Below, piece after piece: positions 1 through 13,021 of a stretch of DNA of 64,000 nucleotides. Origin of the DNA: Mobula hypostoma (lineage: Eukaryota); assembly GCF_963921235.1 (NCBI RefSeq), contig NC_086106.1, positions 22,134,001 through 22,198,000 on the forward strand, in the 5' to 3' direction. Positions within the stretch are counted from its first letter, which is position 1, and each line of letters starts with the position of its first letter. The notes under the pieces were generated by a model, which had not been told where the DNA came from, did not search any database, and saw only the letters and a program-made list of their open reading frames with translations. A program made the translations under genes and the position numbers.

Positions 1-655
1 GTACGTTGGCCTTTGTTAATCAAAGTATTGAGTTTAAGGGCTGGAATGTTATGATGAGGTTGCATAAGGCTATGGTGAGGCCGAATCTGGAATATTGTGT
101 TGAAGTTTCGTCACTAAATTACAGGAAGGATATTAATGAGTTTGAAAGAGTGCAGAGAAGGTTTACAAGGATGTTGCCGGGACTTGAGAAACTCAGTTAC
201 ATAGAATGGTTGAATACGTTAGGACTTTATTCCCTGGAGCGTAGAATAATGAGAGCAGATACGATAGAGGTATATAAAATTATGATGGGTATAGATAGAG
301 TGAATGCAAGCAGGCTTTTTCGACTGAGGCAAGGGTAGGAAAAAAAAAACAAAAAACAAAGGACATGGTTTAAGGGTGAGGGGGGAAAAGTTTAAAGGGA
401 ACATTAGGAGGGACTTCTTCACACAGAGAGTAGTGGGAGTATGGAAGCAGCTGCTAGACGAGGTGGTAAATGCGTGTTCTTGTTCACATTTAAGAATAGA
501 TTGGACAAATAATGGATGGGAGGTGCATGGAGGAATATGGGCCGTGTGCAGGTCAGTGGGACTAGGTACAAAATAGTTCGGCACAGCCAAGATGGGCCAA
601 AAGGCCTGTTTCAGTGCTGTAGTTTTTTCTATGGTTTCTAAGGTTTATATGGTTT
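1..655 (+). mobile_element. CR1-type LINE, 3' fragment (RT C-terminus and tail)
   Basis: ORF 6..338 (LHKAMVRPNLEYCV..ERVQRRFTRMLPGL..TLGLYSLERR) is the CR1 ORF2 C-terminus. It ends in a short-unit tail (ttctatgg/tttatatgg) at about 625-660. Confidence 0.9.
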
Positions 656-1174
656 ATATGGATGAAATGGAGAGAGAAGACCAGACTGGGTAATAATGCG
701 TCATTTTCTGAAGAGCTGAGAGCAGTATTTATTTTTTTATATAACTTAGCTTGTAAAGGCATGGGTGCCTTCGCGACAGCAAAACGTATTCTGATTTCAT
801 CGAATTCAAACGGCAGATTGGTGTATTAAAATGCAAAATGTCAAAAGAAACCAGTAAGTGTATGTGACAGATATCTGAGAATACCAGAGATCCAGAATTG
901 ACTTCGTTTTCCTGGCATTTTATTGACACTTCTATTAATACTATTTTATTTTATTTTATTTTAATTTAATAGAATTCTTATAAAATAATATGAATAATTA
1001 TTATAATGATTATACTTTGTCCTTTATTTTCGCCAGACCACCGATACTAAAACGTGCAACCATCATAGCGATATTTGATTCTGCGCTTCCCCCTCCCTAG
1101 ATTACAAATCGATAGGAAATATGAAACATTTAAATTATAAATCGTAAACAGAAAATATAAAAATGGAAAGTAAG

Positions 1175-1560
1175 CTAGTACAAAACAAAAACCGAGGTGC
1201 AGGTTCGGATATTTGGCGGGCACAGCCCACAGTCGTGTCAGATTCTGTTGAGCAGTCTTATCACAGTTGGAAATATGCTGTTCCCAAATCTGGCCGTTCG
1301 GGTCTTCAGCTCCTGAGCCTTCTCCCGGAGGGAAGAGGGACGAAAATTGTGTTGGCTGGGTGGGTCGTATCCTGGATTATCCTGGCAGTTGTACTCCACC
1401 AGTGTGCGGTGTAAAGTGAGTGCAAGGACGGAAGATTGGTTTGTGTGATGTGCTGCGCCGTGTTCATAATGTTCTGCAGCTTCTTCCGTTCTTGGACAGG
1501 ACAACTTCCATATCAGGTTGTGATGGAACCTAGAAGAATGCTTTGTACGGTGCATCTATA
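1175..1560 (-). mobile_element. Rex1/Babar-type LINE 3' fragment
   Basis: ORF 1238..1555 ends ELKTRTARFGNSIFPTVIRLLNR, the usual Rex/Babar ORF C-terminus. Confidence 0.75.
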
Positions 1561-2154
1561 AAAAAATAAAGGATATACATATTTATGGCTGACCTGGGAT
1601 CCAACTCAATCCCGTACACCAGACTTCTTTCCGTATTATTTTATACCCTGACCAATCAAGAAACTGTCAATTTCCGATTTAAATATCCCCACGGTCTTGA
1701 CTGCCACAGTCTGCAGCAGAGACTTCCGAAGATACAGTACCGTGTGGGCAAAAACAAAATTTTCCTTTCCTGTATTCCAAAAGACCACCGTTAATTCTGA
1801 GGCTGTGGTCTTTCGTTTTAGATAGTCCCAATCTAGGAAACATGCTCTCCACAGCCATCTTATCTAGTCCATTGAATATACCTCATCGGGCTAATTTTTT
1901 TTTTTTTTTTTGGCGTGCTGACTCTGAAACTGGATCAGAATTGAATGTATAGTGAGGAATAATTTATTTCATGAGTTTCTATTTTATAGAAAGATTTTGG
2001 TGAATAATAGGGTTGTGTCGATACATGTAGTCAGTTTGACTTATATTGACTCAGGGTTCTGTAATGTGTTGGGTTGTTCTTTCCCCTGGCACTTTCTATA
2101 TGTCTATATATGTCTATATATTCCGAGAGAATCAATCTTTGTCACTTGTTGCCA

Positions 2155-2450
2155 ATATACAGGAGGACACACCAGGAGCAAGGGACATGGTGACGCCAAT
2201 ATACTGACTGGTGAAGTGTCGCATCACCTGGAAGGACTGTTTGTGGCACTGAAGAATAGTAAGGGAGGAAACACAAAGCACGTGTAACATTTGTTCCACC
2301 TCTGCCGATAAATGGCAGGAGCTAGGCCAGTAGGGAGGAACCAATTCGCAAGTGAATTACGTAAGGAGTAAACATACGGAAAACAGTTAGCGATGAGGGG
2401 TGGGAGATGTGTTTGATGATGGGGTCCGTTTAGAAATGGCATAATTTCCG
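2155..2450 (-). mobile_element. Decayed Penelope-like element fragment (region next to the GIY-YIG domain)
   Basis: Translation SSLTILQCHKQSFQVMRHFTSQYIGV resembles the PLE motif SSLTTIQGPKQSFQVRQHFTC. A paralogous copy lies at about 41920-42215. Confidence 0.6.
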
Positions 2451-2963
2451 GATGATTCCAGAAAACAGAAAAATAAAAGAGCTATTGTAATAGGAAACGG
2501 AACAGCGCGATGCATAGAAGTGATGGGTGAATAAAATACATAAACGTATCTGAGATATCTGCAAGTCAGAATCAAGGAATATATTCCGAAGAATTTAAAG
2601 CTTTTGGCAGAATTTACTTGAAGGCTTAAGAAAAACTATCACACAGAGCTCAGTAGTACAGCAATATTTCAAAGGACGTAAACACTTGCGCTACCTGTAT
2701 TGACGTATAATTTTGCATTAATATTTTGATGAAAAAGAAAATTATAAAACTAACAAAAAACAACTGAAATTGCATATTTCAGAAAACATTATGTGCGCTG
2801 TAACGCACTAAGATTAACACGACAAAACACAGAAGGAGGAAGAGGAATGCAGATGATCTAATTCTATTTCAAGGTCACAACGTCTGAGTACATATTTTCA
2901 TTAAAACAACAGGATTTAACAAACTATGCGAGTGCATGCAATTCTAATAAGAGGACACAGCAC

Positions 2964-3009
2964 TAAATTCAACTGAGAAATTAAACATTAAAAGATGACA
3001 GAATACCAT
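2964..3009 (-). CDS. Candidate leader (signal peptide) exon of a V gene whose V exon lies left of the window
   Basis: ATG GTA TTC TGT CAT CTT TTA ATG TTT AAT TTC TCA GTT GAA TTT A|GT gives MVFCHLLMFNFSVEF. It is 46 nt and phase 1, the same as the leader at 50438-50483, with a CRE-like site 54 nt upstream. The donor (GTGCTG) is weak. Confidence 0.45.
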
Positions 3010-3063
3010 CCATCTGATGAGAATGATCCTTCAAGAAAGACAACACCCTGGTCTAAACAGACT

Positions 3064-3071
3064 TGATGTCA
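3064..3071. promoter_or_regulatory. CRE-like motif TGATGTCA (candidate TCR V promoter element)
   Basis: TGATGTCA lies upstream of the candidate leader; the paralogous site at 42829-42836 has decayed to GGATGTCG. Confidence 0.4.
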
Positions 3072-3229
3072 AGAAGAAAACGTCAAACACCAGGTCCAAA
3101 GATAAAGATCTCTTCTCACAATAAGAAGGCTTCCTTGGGGCAATATAGGACCAGTTGCTTACCACACACACTCATATATAAGTAGAATGTAGAAACTGCT
3201 AAAGGAAAGAACAACGCAAAAGATTAGGA

Positions 3230-6220
3230 ACATTGAAACGTCGAAAACCTGCAGCGCAATACAGGCCCTTCTTCCCGGAAAGCTGTGCCGAACATGTCCT
3301 TACCTGAGAAATTGCTTGGGGTTACCCATCGCCCTCTATTCTTCTGAGCTCCAAATGCCAATCCAGGGGTATCTTAAATGACCCAATCGTATCTGCCTCC
3401 ACCACCACCGCCGGTAGCCAATACCACGCACTCACCACTCTTTGGGGTATTAAACGTACCGCTGATAAATCCTCTGTAGCTGCATACAAGCACCTTAAAA
3501 CTGTGCCCTTTCCTGATAGCCATTTTAGTTCTGTGAAAAAAAACAAAAAAAAAACTTTTGTCTATCCACGCGATAAATATCTGTCATCATCTTATACACC
3601 TCTACCATATCTGTTGTCATGCTCCGTCGCTCCATGGAAAAAAAGACTGAGTTTAATAAACTTATCCTCATAAGGCATGCACCCCAATACAGGCAACATC
3701 ACTGCAAATCTCCTCTGCACAATTTCTACAGCTTCCACATTCTTCCTGTAGTGAGGTGACCAGAACTGAGGCCAGTACTGCAAGTGAGCCTTCAATAGGG
3801 TCCAATATAGCTGCAATATTACCTCTTGGCTCCTAAACTTAATTCCACGATTGATGAAGTCCAATGCACCGCATATTTTCTTAACCACATCGACAACCTG
3901 CGAAACAGCCTTGAGTGTCATATGGTCTAGCACCACAAGATCCCTCCGATCCTCCACACAGCTAAGAGTTTTGTCGTTGATACTGTATTTTGTCATCGTA
4001 TTTCACCTATCAAAATTAACTACCTCGCATTTCTCTGGGTTGAACTCTAACTGCCACTTTTCAGTCCATTTATGCATCCTATCAATGTCTTGCTGTAACA
4101 TCTGACAGCCCTCCGCATTATCTACAGCACTCCCATCGTTTGTGTCATCAGCAGATTTACTAACTCATCCCCTACACTTCTTCATCCAGGTCATTTGTAA
4201 AAATCACGAAGATTAGCGGTCCCAGAACAAATCCTTGAGGCACACCCCTGGGGACCGAGCTCCGTGCAAAATATGGTCCGTTTAAAGTTACACTTTGCCA
4301 TCTGTGGGCAAACCAGTTCCAGATCCAGTAAGAGTTTTCCCCTTGGATATCATGCCTCCTTACTTTTTCATTAAGCCTTAAATAGGGTATCTCTTCAAAT
4401 GCCTTACTGAAATCCATATACACTCCATCTACCATCATCAAGATGTTTAGTCATATCCTCAAAAATTTCAATCAGATCGAAAGGCATAGGCTGCGTTTCA
4501 CAAAGCCATGTTGACTATTCCAAATCCTATTATGCCCCTCCAAATGTACATCATTTCTGTCTATCACGATATTCTCCATCAACTTAACAACAACTGAAGT
4601 AAGACTCACTGGTCTAAAATTTCCTGGTCTATGTCTGCTCCAGTTCCTGAATAATTGAACGACATTCGCTAGCGTCCAATTCTCCAGAACCTCTGCCGTC
4701 CCCACTGATGATGCAAAGATCATCTCCAGTAGCTTAGCAATATCCTCCATCAGCTCCCAGAGTAGTCTGGGGTACATTTCGTCCGTTACAGGTGACTTAT
4801 CCCACTTGTTGCTTTCCAAATACTCCAGCACATTGCCTTTCCTAATATCTACATTATCAGGCTGTTTAGTCCACTCTACGTTATCCCTACAATCGCGCAA
4901 GATCCTTACGTGTCACGAGTACTGAAGCAAAGTACTCATTAAGTACCTCTTCTACCTTCTCTGGTTCCCTACAGACTTTTGCATTGTCACACTTGATTGG
5001 CCCCATTCATGCAGTCCTATCCTCCTGCTCTTCATATCCTTGTATTGTGCCTTGGGGTTTCCTTAATCCTGTCCTTAATCATGGTCCCTACTGGCTCTAC
5101 TAATTTTTTTTTCTTGAACTCCTTCCTGCAAACCTTATAATCTTCTGGCTCTCTATAGATACCTAGCTTTTTGAATCTTTCATAAGCTCTTCTTTTCTTC
5201 CTGACTAGATTTACAAAAGCCTTTGTGCACCACGATGCCGGTACCGTACCATCCGTTCCCTGCCTCATTGGAAAGTAAATATGCAGAATTCCACGCAAAT
5301 GTCCCCCGAACCGTTGTCAGATTTCTTCCGTCCATTTCCCTGAGAACTTTTGTTTCCAATTTATTTTTCCAATTTCCTGCCTGATAGCCTCATATTCCCC
5401 CTCACTCAATTAAACGCTTCCCCAACTTGTTTGTTCGGATTCGCCCTCCATTTCTATGGTAAATGAGATAGAGCTCTGATCAGTAACTCCAAAATGCTCC
5501 TCCACTCAGCTGTGAAACCTGACCAAGTTCATTTCCCAATATCAGATCAAGTACAACCTTGCGTCTTTGAGGCCTATTTAAATATTGTGCCCAGAAACCC
5601 CCTTGAACACACCTAACAAACGCCACCCCATCTATACCTCTCTCTCTCTAGGGACATGTTGATCGATATTTTAGAAATTAAAATCTCCCACCAAGAGAAT
5701 TCTGTTTTTAGTACAACTTTCCAGAATCTGTCTCCCTATCTGGTCCTCGATGACCCTGTTGCTGCTGGGTGGTCTATAGAAAATCACCCAGACTGGCTCT
5801 CGAAGTATCTATTCCTGCCCCTGAGCCATCCAACTCTCTGTATTGGCCACATCATCATAGCTCCAAGTACTGATCCACTCCCTAAACACATTCGCATTGT
5901 TCATAATACTCCTTGCCTTAAAATAGACACACCTTAAACCATCGGTGTGCGCGCAACCCTTCTGTATCACCTGCCTATTCATCCTCTCGTACTGTCTAAA
6001 AACATTCTCTATTTGTAAGCCAAACGCCTCTTCCTCCGTCTCTTTCGTTTGGCTCTCAACCCCTAGAAGACGGTCATCGAGCTGCATCTCCAGTTTGCTA
6101 ACACGGTCCTTAAGGAGCTGCAGCTGGACGCACCTGGTGCAGGTGTGGCCGTCCGGGAGACGGAGAGTGTCCCGGGCCTTCCACATTTGACATCGAGCAC
6201 AGAAAACCAAGCACATTATA
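3230..6220 (-). mobile_element. Degenerate CR1 LINE (ORF1 remnant, endonuclease, RT)
   Basis: Broken ORFs give CARCQMW..HTCTRCVQLQLLKDRV (ORF1-like Cys cluster), PGNFRPVSLTSVVVKLMENIV, YMDFSKAF and QGFVLGPLIFVIFTNDLDE. Confidence 0.9.
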
Positions 6221-6929
6221 GGAGCCTACAGCAATATAACTCAATGTGGCTACTTACATAGACACCATCAAATGCTAAACATCATTCATCAAAGACTAAC
6301 ATTATAATAGAAACTCATTAAAAAATCATACCTTACTATAAATGAAAGTATGATCGAGTTTTACAGTTGCAATGCCACAAATTTATTTCAATCAATCGGT
6401 TATATTGAATAGACTAGATTTTTTTTTGGGGGGGGGGATTTATATCTATACATCGTACATCCTGTCCAGTGATTTATCTAACTTCGCTGAAAGGCGTACT
6501 ATAACCCCATTTGCTGATCAATTAATGATCGGCACAAAAAGCGACTGGCAGATTCTGGTTTATTTAGGACGGAAATGGGACTACCCTTGCAATGGACCAG
6601 TTGCTTTAAAAGCAGTTACTGTTCAGACACATTCTATTCCACAAAGATAGAGTGGGAATGCTTATATTGCCTGCGTGAGCAATAGAAAACTTCAAGGCAC
6701 AGGAAACCTAAAAAAAAAAGACATTCCAGAATTAGTTAATTTATTATTAAATACTATGAGGTATACGCAGATATAAACACTCTTAACAGGACTAGAATCC
6801 TGTTCTGTTAAACCCCTTTCACAGTCTTAAGAATTTTGTTCCTTTCAAGATAAGAGTTTATGCATCATGCCGGTGCCTGAACAATTGTCAATTACAGCCC
6901 AGAAACGGCAACAACTGCACCCCAGAAAC

Positions 6930-7688
6930 TGTCAGTTCAACTATTAAGATGGAGCCTACCCCGGGAACATTCAGAAGTGAACACACTAACATATTGCGCT
7001 GTAAGATAGGCGCAAACGTGAATGGTAAGTCTTTCTGAGAACTGCACGACATCAGGATATTGGCCCTTCAGGAAATTGGCCTGAAGTTTTAGCGTCCTGT
7101 TCTGACTCCTCGGATCGTAATTAGCTGCTTCTCGCTTGGATTAGTGCAGTACCAGGGGAACGCGGTTCCTTCTATCCATCCCATCGCTGTACAACCTAGA
7201 AACTGTCCCTGCTGTGTGGAAAACATCACGTGTAGTACCAGGACACAGAAAGAGACAACCGAAAATCATGAATGATTACTGTCTAGTGGCCCTGATCTCA
7301 GAGATTATGAAGACCATAGAAAGGCTGGTCCCAGCTCACCTCCGAACTTTGGTCAGATCAACACTTCATCCCATACAGTTTGACTACCAGGAGCATATTG
7401 GAGACTACGACATTACCATCTACCTTCTAAAACAGAGCCTGCTCACATTTGACTAAGCAGCGCATTAACTCTGAAGATGATATATATATATGTTTTTATT
7501 TACTAAGTACCTTCAATACAATTGCTTGAGAGAGTTGCTAGATATATCCATCTGAACCTATGGGAACTGGGTTAGACAGTATTTCAGAACTAGACATGGT
7601 GTGTTATCGGGTCAAGCAGTATAGCGTAGGATGACTCTGGACTTGGTTCTCCTCAAGTTATCTTCAGCTAGATGAAGTGTCTACTAAT
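6930..7688 (-). pseudogene. Heavily decayed TCR V segment (called Vb here), interrupted by a Rex-type insertion
   Basis: Frameshift-tolerant minus-strand reading: WYCTNPSEKQL (W at 7154-7152) ... ANFLKGQYPDVVQ..RLTI ... LRLSYSAIC*CV (Cys at 6985-6983), collinear with ADFAKGRFADVVQ..CLTI..RLYDLATY*CAV at 41 kb. The 3' flank matches the other V flanks. The RSS is decayed. A putative acceptor cgtatccag|AT sits at 7688 (less certain). Confidence 0.75.
7165..7460 (+). mobile_element. Rex/Babar RT fragment inserted just 5' of the WY motif of Vb
   Basis: ORF 7214..7456 reads NDYCLVALISEIMKTIERLVPAHLRTLVRSTLHPIQFDYQ. Confidence 0.75.
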
Positions 7689-7892
7689 CTGGATACGAAA
7701 ATAGAGCCTTCTCCGCCAGCATTTGTTGTATGTGTGCGTTGGCGGGGGGCGGGCATGTGTTGATGAAGGTGTAGGGGTCCTCGGGGCATCATGCTATTTT
7801 TATTAATTATCTCATTTAGCGTTGTTGTGTTCTTCATATAAATGCCATTCTACTACGTGCGTTAACATTGCCAAATGAATGATAATGATTAA

Positions 7893-7943
7893 TGACGATG
7901 ATGATGATGATGATGATGATTGTTGTTGTTGTTGTTGTTGTTG

Positions 7944-7987
<44 letters not shown>
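7893..7987. repeat. Compound microsatellite (GAT)n-(TGT)n-(TAT)n
   Basis: Three trinucleotide runs directly adjoining each other. Confidence 0.98.
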
Positions 7988-7988
<1 letters not shown>

Positions 7989-9289
7989 TATGCTGCTCGT
8001 AATGCATAAACGTGAATGGACAAAATTGGGGTCCAAACAGTTGCTAACTTTTATGCAGTCATGTAAGTCTCAAGTTCCTTTATTTGATCATGCACATGCA
8101 TTATGTTCCTGTCTACTTATAATGACCATTTTTTTGTGTGTCTTTTGTTAAAGGCGTCTGTGATCTCAGCTGTCAGTGGACTGCTTCCTTGAGTAGCATC
8201 TGGAGCAGTCGCAGCCAGGGATGTTGGTGGACATCATTGAATGCTGCTGTTTATTTTTTTTTCGTGGTTTTCCGGTGCCTGTCTGCTATTAAACTCTGCA
8301 CCACTAGGGGTTTATATTTTGCCACTCGGGGAGTAATCTCCAGGCATGCTTTGGCCGTACCCAGACAGCTACAGTATCACATGATTACTTAGAAATCTCC
8401 CCATTTTAAACGTGATATAGTACAGCTTTTGACAGATAAAATCATGTTTTGTTTTCAGCAGCAATATGATTCCAGTGTCTATTAAAGGCTTTATCTGTTG
8501 GATTCAAAACCAGTGATTCAGAACAAGGAAATCCAGGTTCAAAATAGAGCAGGTTATTTTAGTAACTGCAAATATACTGATTGAGGTTATAGCCGAGTAC
8601 ATGTGGGTGTCTGAAACTTTAGCACAGCACTGTACGTCAACGACTGATGTCCTGTGGCGTTTACAGCTACTGCGATGAAGTGCTTTGAGAGGTTGCTCAT
8701 GGCTAGAAAATCTCCTACCTTAGTGTGGACGTAGACCCTCTGCTTATGCCTATCGACACAATAGGTCAACCGCGGATGCAATAACACTGGTTGTCCACTC
8801 AGAACATGTGGACAACATTATTAGTTACTGTTCATTTATTGCAGCTGAGAAGGCAACAGAATCATAAACATGAACCCAGTCAACAAGTTCTAATCTTTTG
8901 CGCCTCTGTACCTTCTTCTATAAATAGCCCGGTGATCGCTGCGTGACCACTGTCTGTGGTGCCTTGAAACAACATCTCCTTCGTGATGTCCAGCAAACCT
9001 GGCGCATTTCAGGACTGTGTTTTGAGGCCACTGCTCTAACCTCTGAATACCCACGGCTTACTGTCCATGCTGACCTCAAAGGCATTTATATGTTTGCCAA
9101 TGACTCAACTATGTTTTCCAAAAAAAAAAAATCCCATGGTGATGAAAAAGCCTTCGGGAGTAATGGAAGTCCAGAAGACTATCAGGTTTATGATACCGAT
9201 TTGGACTATCACCTTGCTCCGCCATTTTATCATGTCTGACCGAATTTTCCAATGAGATCCAAACTCCTGCCTTATCACCATCCCCTTTC

Positions 9290-10240
9290 ATGCCCTTAAC
9301 AATGAAGAATTATCAACTTGTTCTTTAAATATGCAAAACCGCCTGGCTTCCACAGCTTCCTGTGGCAAAGAATTCCACAGATTCAACACCCTCTAGCTAA
9401 AGAAATTCCTCCTCATCGTCGTTCGGAAGGAATTATTCTGAGGACTGGTACTCTGGACACTGTCACCATAGTCATCGTCCTCTCTACATCCAGTCTATCA
9501 AAGCCACTCATTGTTTAATAGGTTACAATGAGGTCAATGCTACTTTATTCTGAATTCCAGTGAATACACGCCTACAACCATCAGGGGTTCTTAATATGAC
9601 AAGACACTCCGTTCTAGAATCATTTTCGTGAACCTCATTTGAATCCTCTCCATATTTAGCACACTCTTCTTAAGACAATCTGCCCGAATCTTCTCGGAAA
9701 TAGTCGAAGTTTCGGCCACCTTAGGGCTTTGTAAAGTTTTGACATTATTTTTTTTAAATACTTTAGTCCTCTTCAGAATAATTCAATCATTCCCATATCG
9801 TTGACTTACCCAGGAAACTAATACTTAAGGTACCATGTACAAGAACTCCCAAGTCCCTTTCCATATCAGCTCTTTTTTCCCCTTTTATTTTCTTTCCATT
9901 CAGAACATTGTCAACACTTTCATTTCTTCTACCCAGTGCATGACCATACTCTTCCAGGCACCCTATTCTGCATGTTATTATTCTTTTTTTTTTCCCATCT
10001 CTTCGAATCTGTCTACGTCTCTCTCTAACCTGGCTACATTCTCTCCACGAAATTTACCTGCTACTATCTTCATAACGTCCGCAGACTTAATAATCATCAT
10101 CCACGTCCGCAATAATCGACTCCCATATCATCCCAAGCTCTGAGGTCAGACAAACTGGCCTGTAATTTCCTATCTCAAACTCTCTCCCTACTTGGAATGG
10201 CAGCTATATATTCCCAGTCTTCTGAAACGATCTTGCAATC
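9290..10240 (-). mobile_element. Degenerate CR1 fragments
   Basis: CR1 3'-end motifs (ggcaaagaattccacagattcaacaccctc) and RT-region remnants. Confidence 0.6.
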
Positions 10241-10246
10241 TGGTTA

Positions 10247-11406
10247 TGTCACAGTAGTAGTGCTGAAAACGGACCCAAATGCAAGACACAGACACTTAAG
10301 TACAAGGAACAGGACTTGACTAGAGTAGGGACGTGACAGGATTCAGACCAGGAGCAGGGTGAAGAACGCCGATTTAGGCTACGGAAAGCAGGACCAGGAC
10401 TAGAAACCATAGACTAGGAGGAAAGACTTAAACTCGGAGCCCGAGCTGGACAAGGATCAAGAACCTGGGTCTTGCCTCGGACTCGGTCCTCAGAAACAGG
10501 CAAGGACATGACATCGATACAGACTGCGGTCTTGTGTCTTGAGCTCGGCTGCAGGATGGTGTCTTGGGTCTGGAACTTGGCTGCAGGCTGGGGTCTTTGG
10601 TCTTGAGCTTGGCTGCAGGCTGGGATCTTGGGTTCTTGGAGCTTGGCTGGGAATCCTCGAGGCTTGGGTTCTTGGAGTCTTTGAGGCTTGGGTTCTTGAA
10701 GCTTGGCTTGGGATCTTCGAGATTTGGGTTCTTGGATCTTCGCTTGGGGTCCTCGAGGCTTGGATTGTTGGAGCTTGGCTTGGGGTCCTCGAGGCTTGGG
10801 TTCTTGAAGCTTGGCTTGGGTTCCTCGAGGCTTGGGGTCTTGTATCTTGACCTTGGCTGCAGGCTGGGGTCTTGGATCTTGAGCCTCGCTGTTGGCTGGG
10901 GTCTTGGAATTTGAAGCTACAGGCTGGGAGCTGGGGTCTTGGAATGCAGAGGCAAGGACAAGACAAGAGAGATCTTCCCACAGAGCCGCAGCAAAGCGGT
11001 CTGATGTACCCCACAGAGGCGAGAACAAGACAAGACAAGACAGTTCCGCCCGCAGGGCAACGGGAAAACGGCCTGGCTTACCCCACGGAGGCCAGGACAA
11101 GAAGAGACAACATCAAAGAACGACACATAGTTCCATCTCTACTCCGGGGAAGCACCGAGTCTCAGTTCAGTCAGCAACCTCAGGCGGCTACGGAAACAAC
11201 CGGATCCCTACCTTGCTCAGAGTGTCTGGCAGCCACACACCTGGCCCAGGAAAAAGCCGAATCGACACTGCAAAGTCTACTCCACGAGTAGGAACAACCC
11301 AAGTTGGGAAGCAGGTGCCAATGATTAACTCACACAAACCCGGAGTCCTGAGTCCACGGACTGGACAGTGAACCGGAATGCGGACTTCACGGACCAGACG
11401 ATGACA
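10247..11406 (-). mobile_element. LTR-type element (solo-LTR-like, TGTCAC...TGACA termini) with an internal minisatellite
   Basis: Termini tgtcac (10247) and atgaca (11406); ggacccaaatgcaagacacagac motif shared with the elements at 32461, 52750 and 59035. No target-site duplication (TSD) found. Confidence 0.7.
10490..10935. repeat. Minisatellite of about 36 bp inside the LTR
   Basis: Repeating gaggcttgggttcttggagcttggcttggggtcctc; translates as a 12-aa period (QAKLQEPKPRGP). Confidence 0.9.
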
Positions 11407-11699
11407 TGTCATTCCGGAAAGATCATATGTGGTGCATAAAGGATCTATTCAGCCACCGCTGACTGCAAACTGGAGTGTACACTGTCTGTTACATGTGGCG
11501 TATCTGCACTCAGACTTTTTACTTTCCAAAGAATCTTTCCTCTAATTACGATAAATTCTCACACACCACAGTTCTTGACATTTAGAACGTCCGCGATAAC
11601 TAGTGTCTTTTACTGTGAAGACAGACACAAAATACTTCCTCAGGTTATCCGCTATAACTTTGTTCCCCATTACTACCTTTCCACCTATCAGTACCTCCA

Positions 11700-12305
11700 G
11701 CTGAATTTGGAGTTTTGTGTGTTTTCCCCCAAACCGTCAGTCTGTGGTTCTGTATTGCCATGTGCTCATACTGTTTTCATGCCCGTTGTGCGCGTGTCCC
11801 TGCTCCTGCTCTACTCCGGCCCTGTATTAATGAGTTCTCCGCCTCTCACCAGTTTCTCATTATTACCTCTTTTGCCGCCACTTCTGGCTCATTGTACTCA
11901 TTAATGATCTACCTCTCTGTTTATTTCTCTGTGTATTTTAGTCCTGTGATTTCATTGCTTGTCGCCAGAGTATGACAGAAAATCTTCCTGAGCCATTCCA
12001 CTATTCGTACCTGTATTCTGTCCGTCTGAATATTGATTCCGCCTGTTTCCAGATTCTGGATTTTTTTTTCTGAATCTTTATGTTCTCTGCATTTACTTTG
12101 CCGCCGAGTTTGCTTGCAGCTCGGGATTGTAATCTATCAGTGTGAATATCGACTCTGCCTGTCGCCCGATTCTGGGTTTTTGGATCTCTATGGATGTTTT
12201 GTTCTCTGCCTGAACTTTGACACCGACGTTGTTTGCAATTCGGGATTTGTTACTCAGTTAGTTCCACTGTGTCTGCGTCATTGGCTCTGCCATTGGATCC
12301 CTGAT
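11700..12305 (+). mobile_element. Degenerate LTR remnant
   Basis: Pyrimidine-rich LTR-like sequence ending ..gtgtctgcgtcattgg..tggatcc, like the 3' ends of the other LTRs. Confidence 0.4.
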
Positions 12306-13021
12306 AAATCATAGTTTTTTATTTTTGTTTTTTCAGCTGTCCAATATCTTCTCTTGCCGCACTTTTAAAAATTATCAGAAGAAATTTTTGGTACAACTTT
12401 AAAATCATTGGCTGACAGTTTTTTTTTAAACCGCCTTTACATATTTAATGATTTTTCTACTGTTGCATACTGTTAATTTTTCGATCATTGCTGTCCTTCG
12501 AAGGAAGGTTATGACGTTCACGATGGGACGGATAACACTTAGGCTAATGGGGATCAATTGTTTCCTTGGGAATAGGTGGCTCTGACAGTAATGTGCCTTT
12601 GTGTGTATTTTTTTTTTTATATACGACAGGGCACCACTTCAACCCACACCAGCAATATCATATCAGTCATTAGAACATCTGAATCCGAATATTACTTGTA
12701 GCGGCATCACACCAGGGGTTCACACCCTTATTCCAATCAATATACGTAATATTGGAGCATTTTTTCAATAAATAAATTAACAAGTGTAATGTGTTTTGTG
12801 TTATTTGTTTAATTCGACATCCTTTATCTAATTTTATGGCATACGTGTAATAGTTAGTTATCAGCTCCTCATAAGCCGACAGTCCACGTGCGTTACCGAT
12901 AATGGCTGCTTCCAGAAGCATAGTGCCTATAAAATGAGCCACTGCAATTCGGTATCAATGCCCGGATGTTTGTGGCAAAGAGACCGAACCAAACAGCAAC
13001 TGTGCCTCAGAAACCTTCGGC

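Noticed and set aside
1182-1190. Perfect RSS nonamer ACAAAAACC on the plus strand
   Set aside because: No CAC heptamer at 12 or 23 nt, and it sits at the edge of a LINE fragment.
7879-8151. ORFs with poly-D/C/Y, poly-N (45802), poly-SL (46752) and poly-YI (62619) tracts
   Set aside because: Microsatellite translations.
10414-11371. Long overlapping ORFs (228, 182, 139 and 159 aa) with KLQEPKPRG / QASRTPS repeats
   Set aside because: They come from a stop-poor minisatellite inside an LTR, open in several frames on both strands; not a gene.
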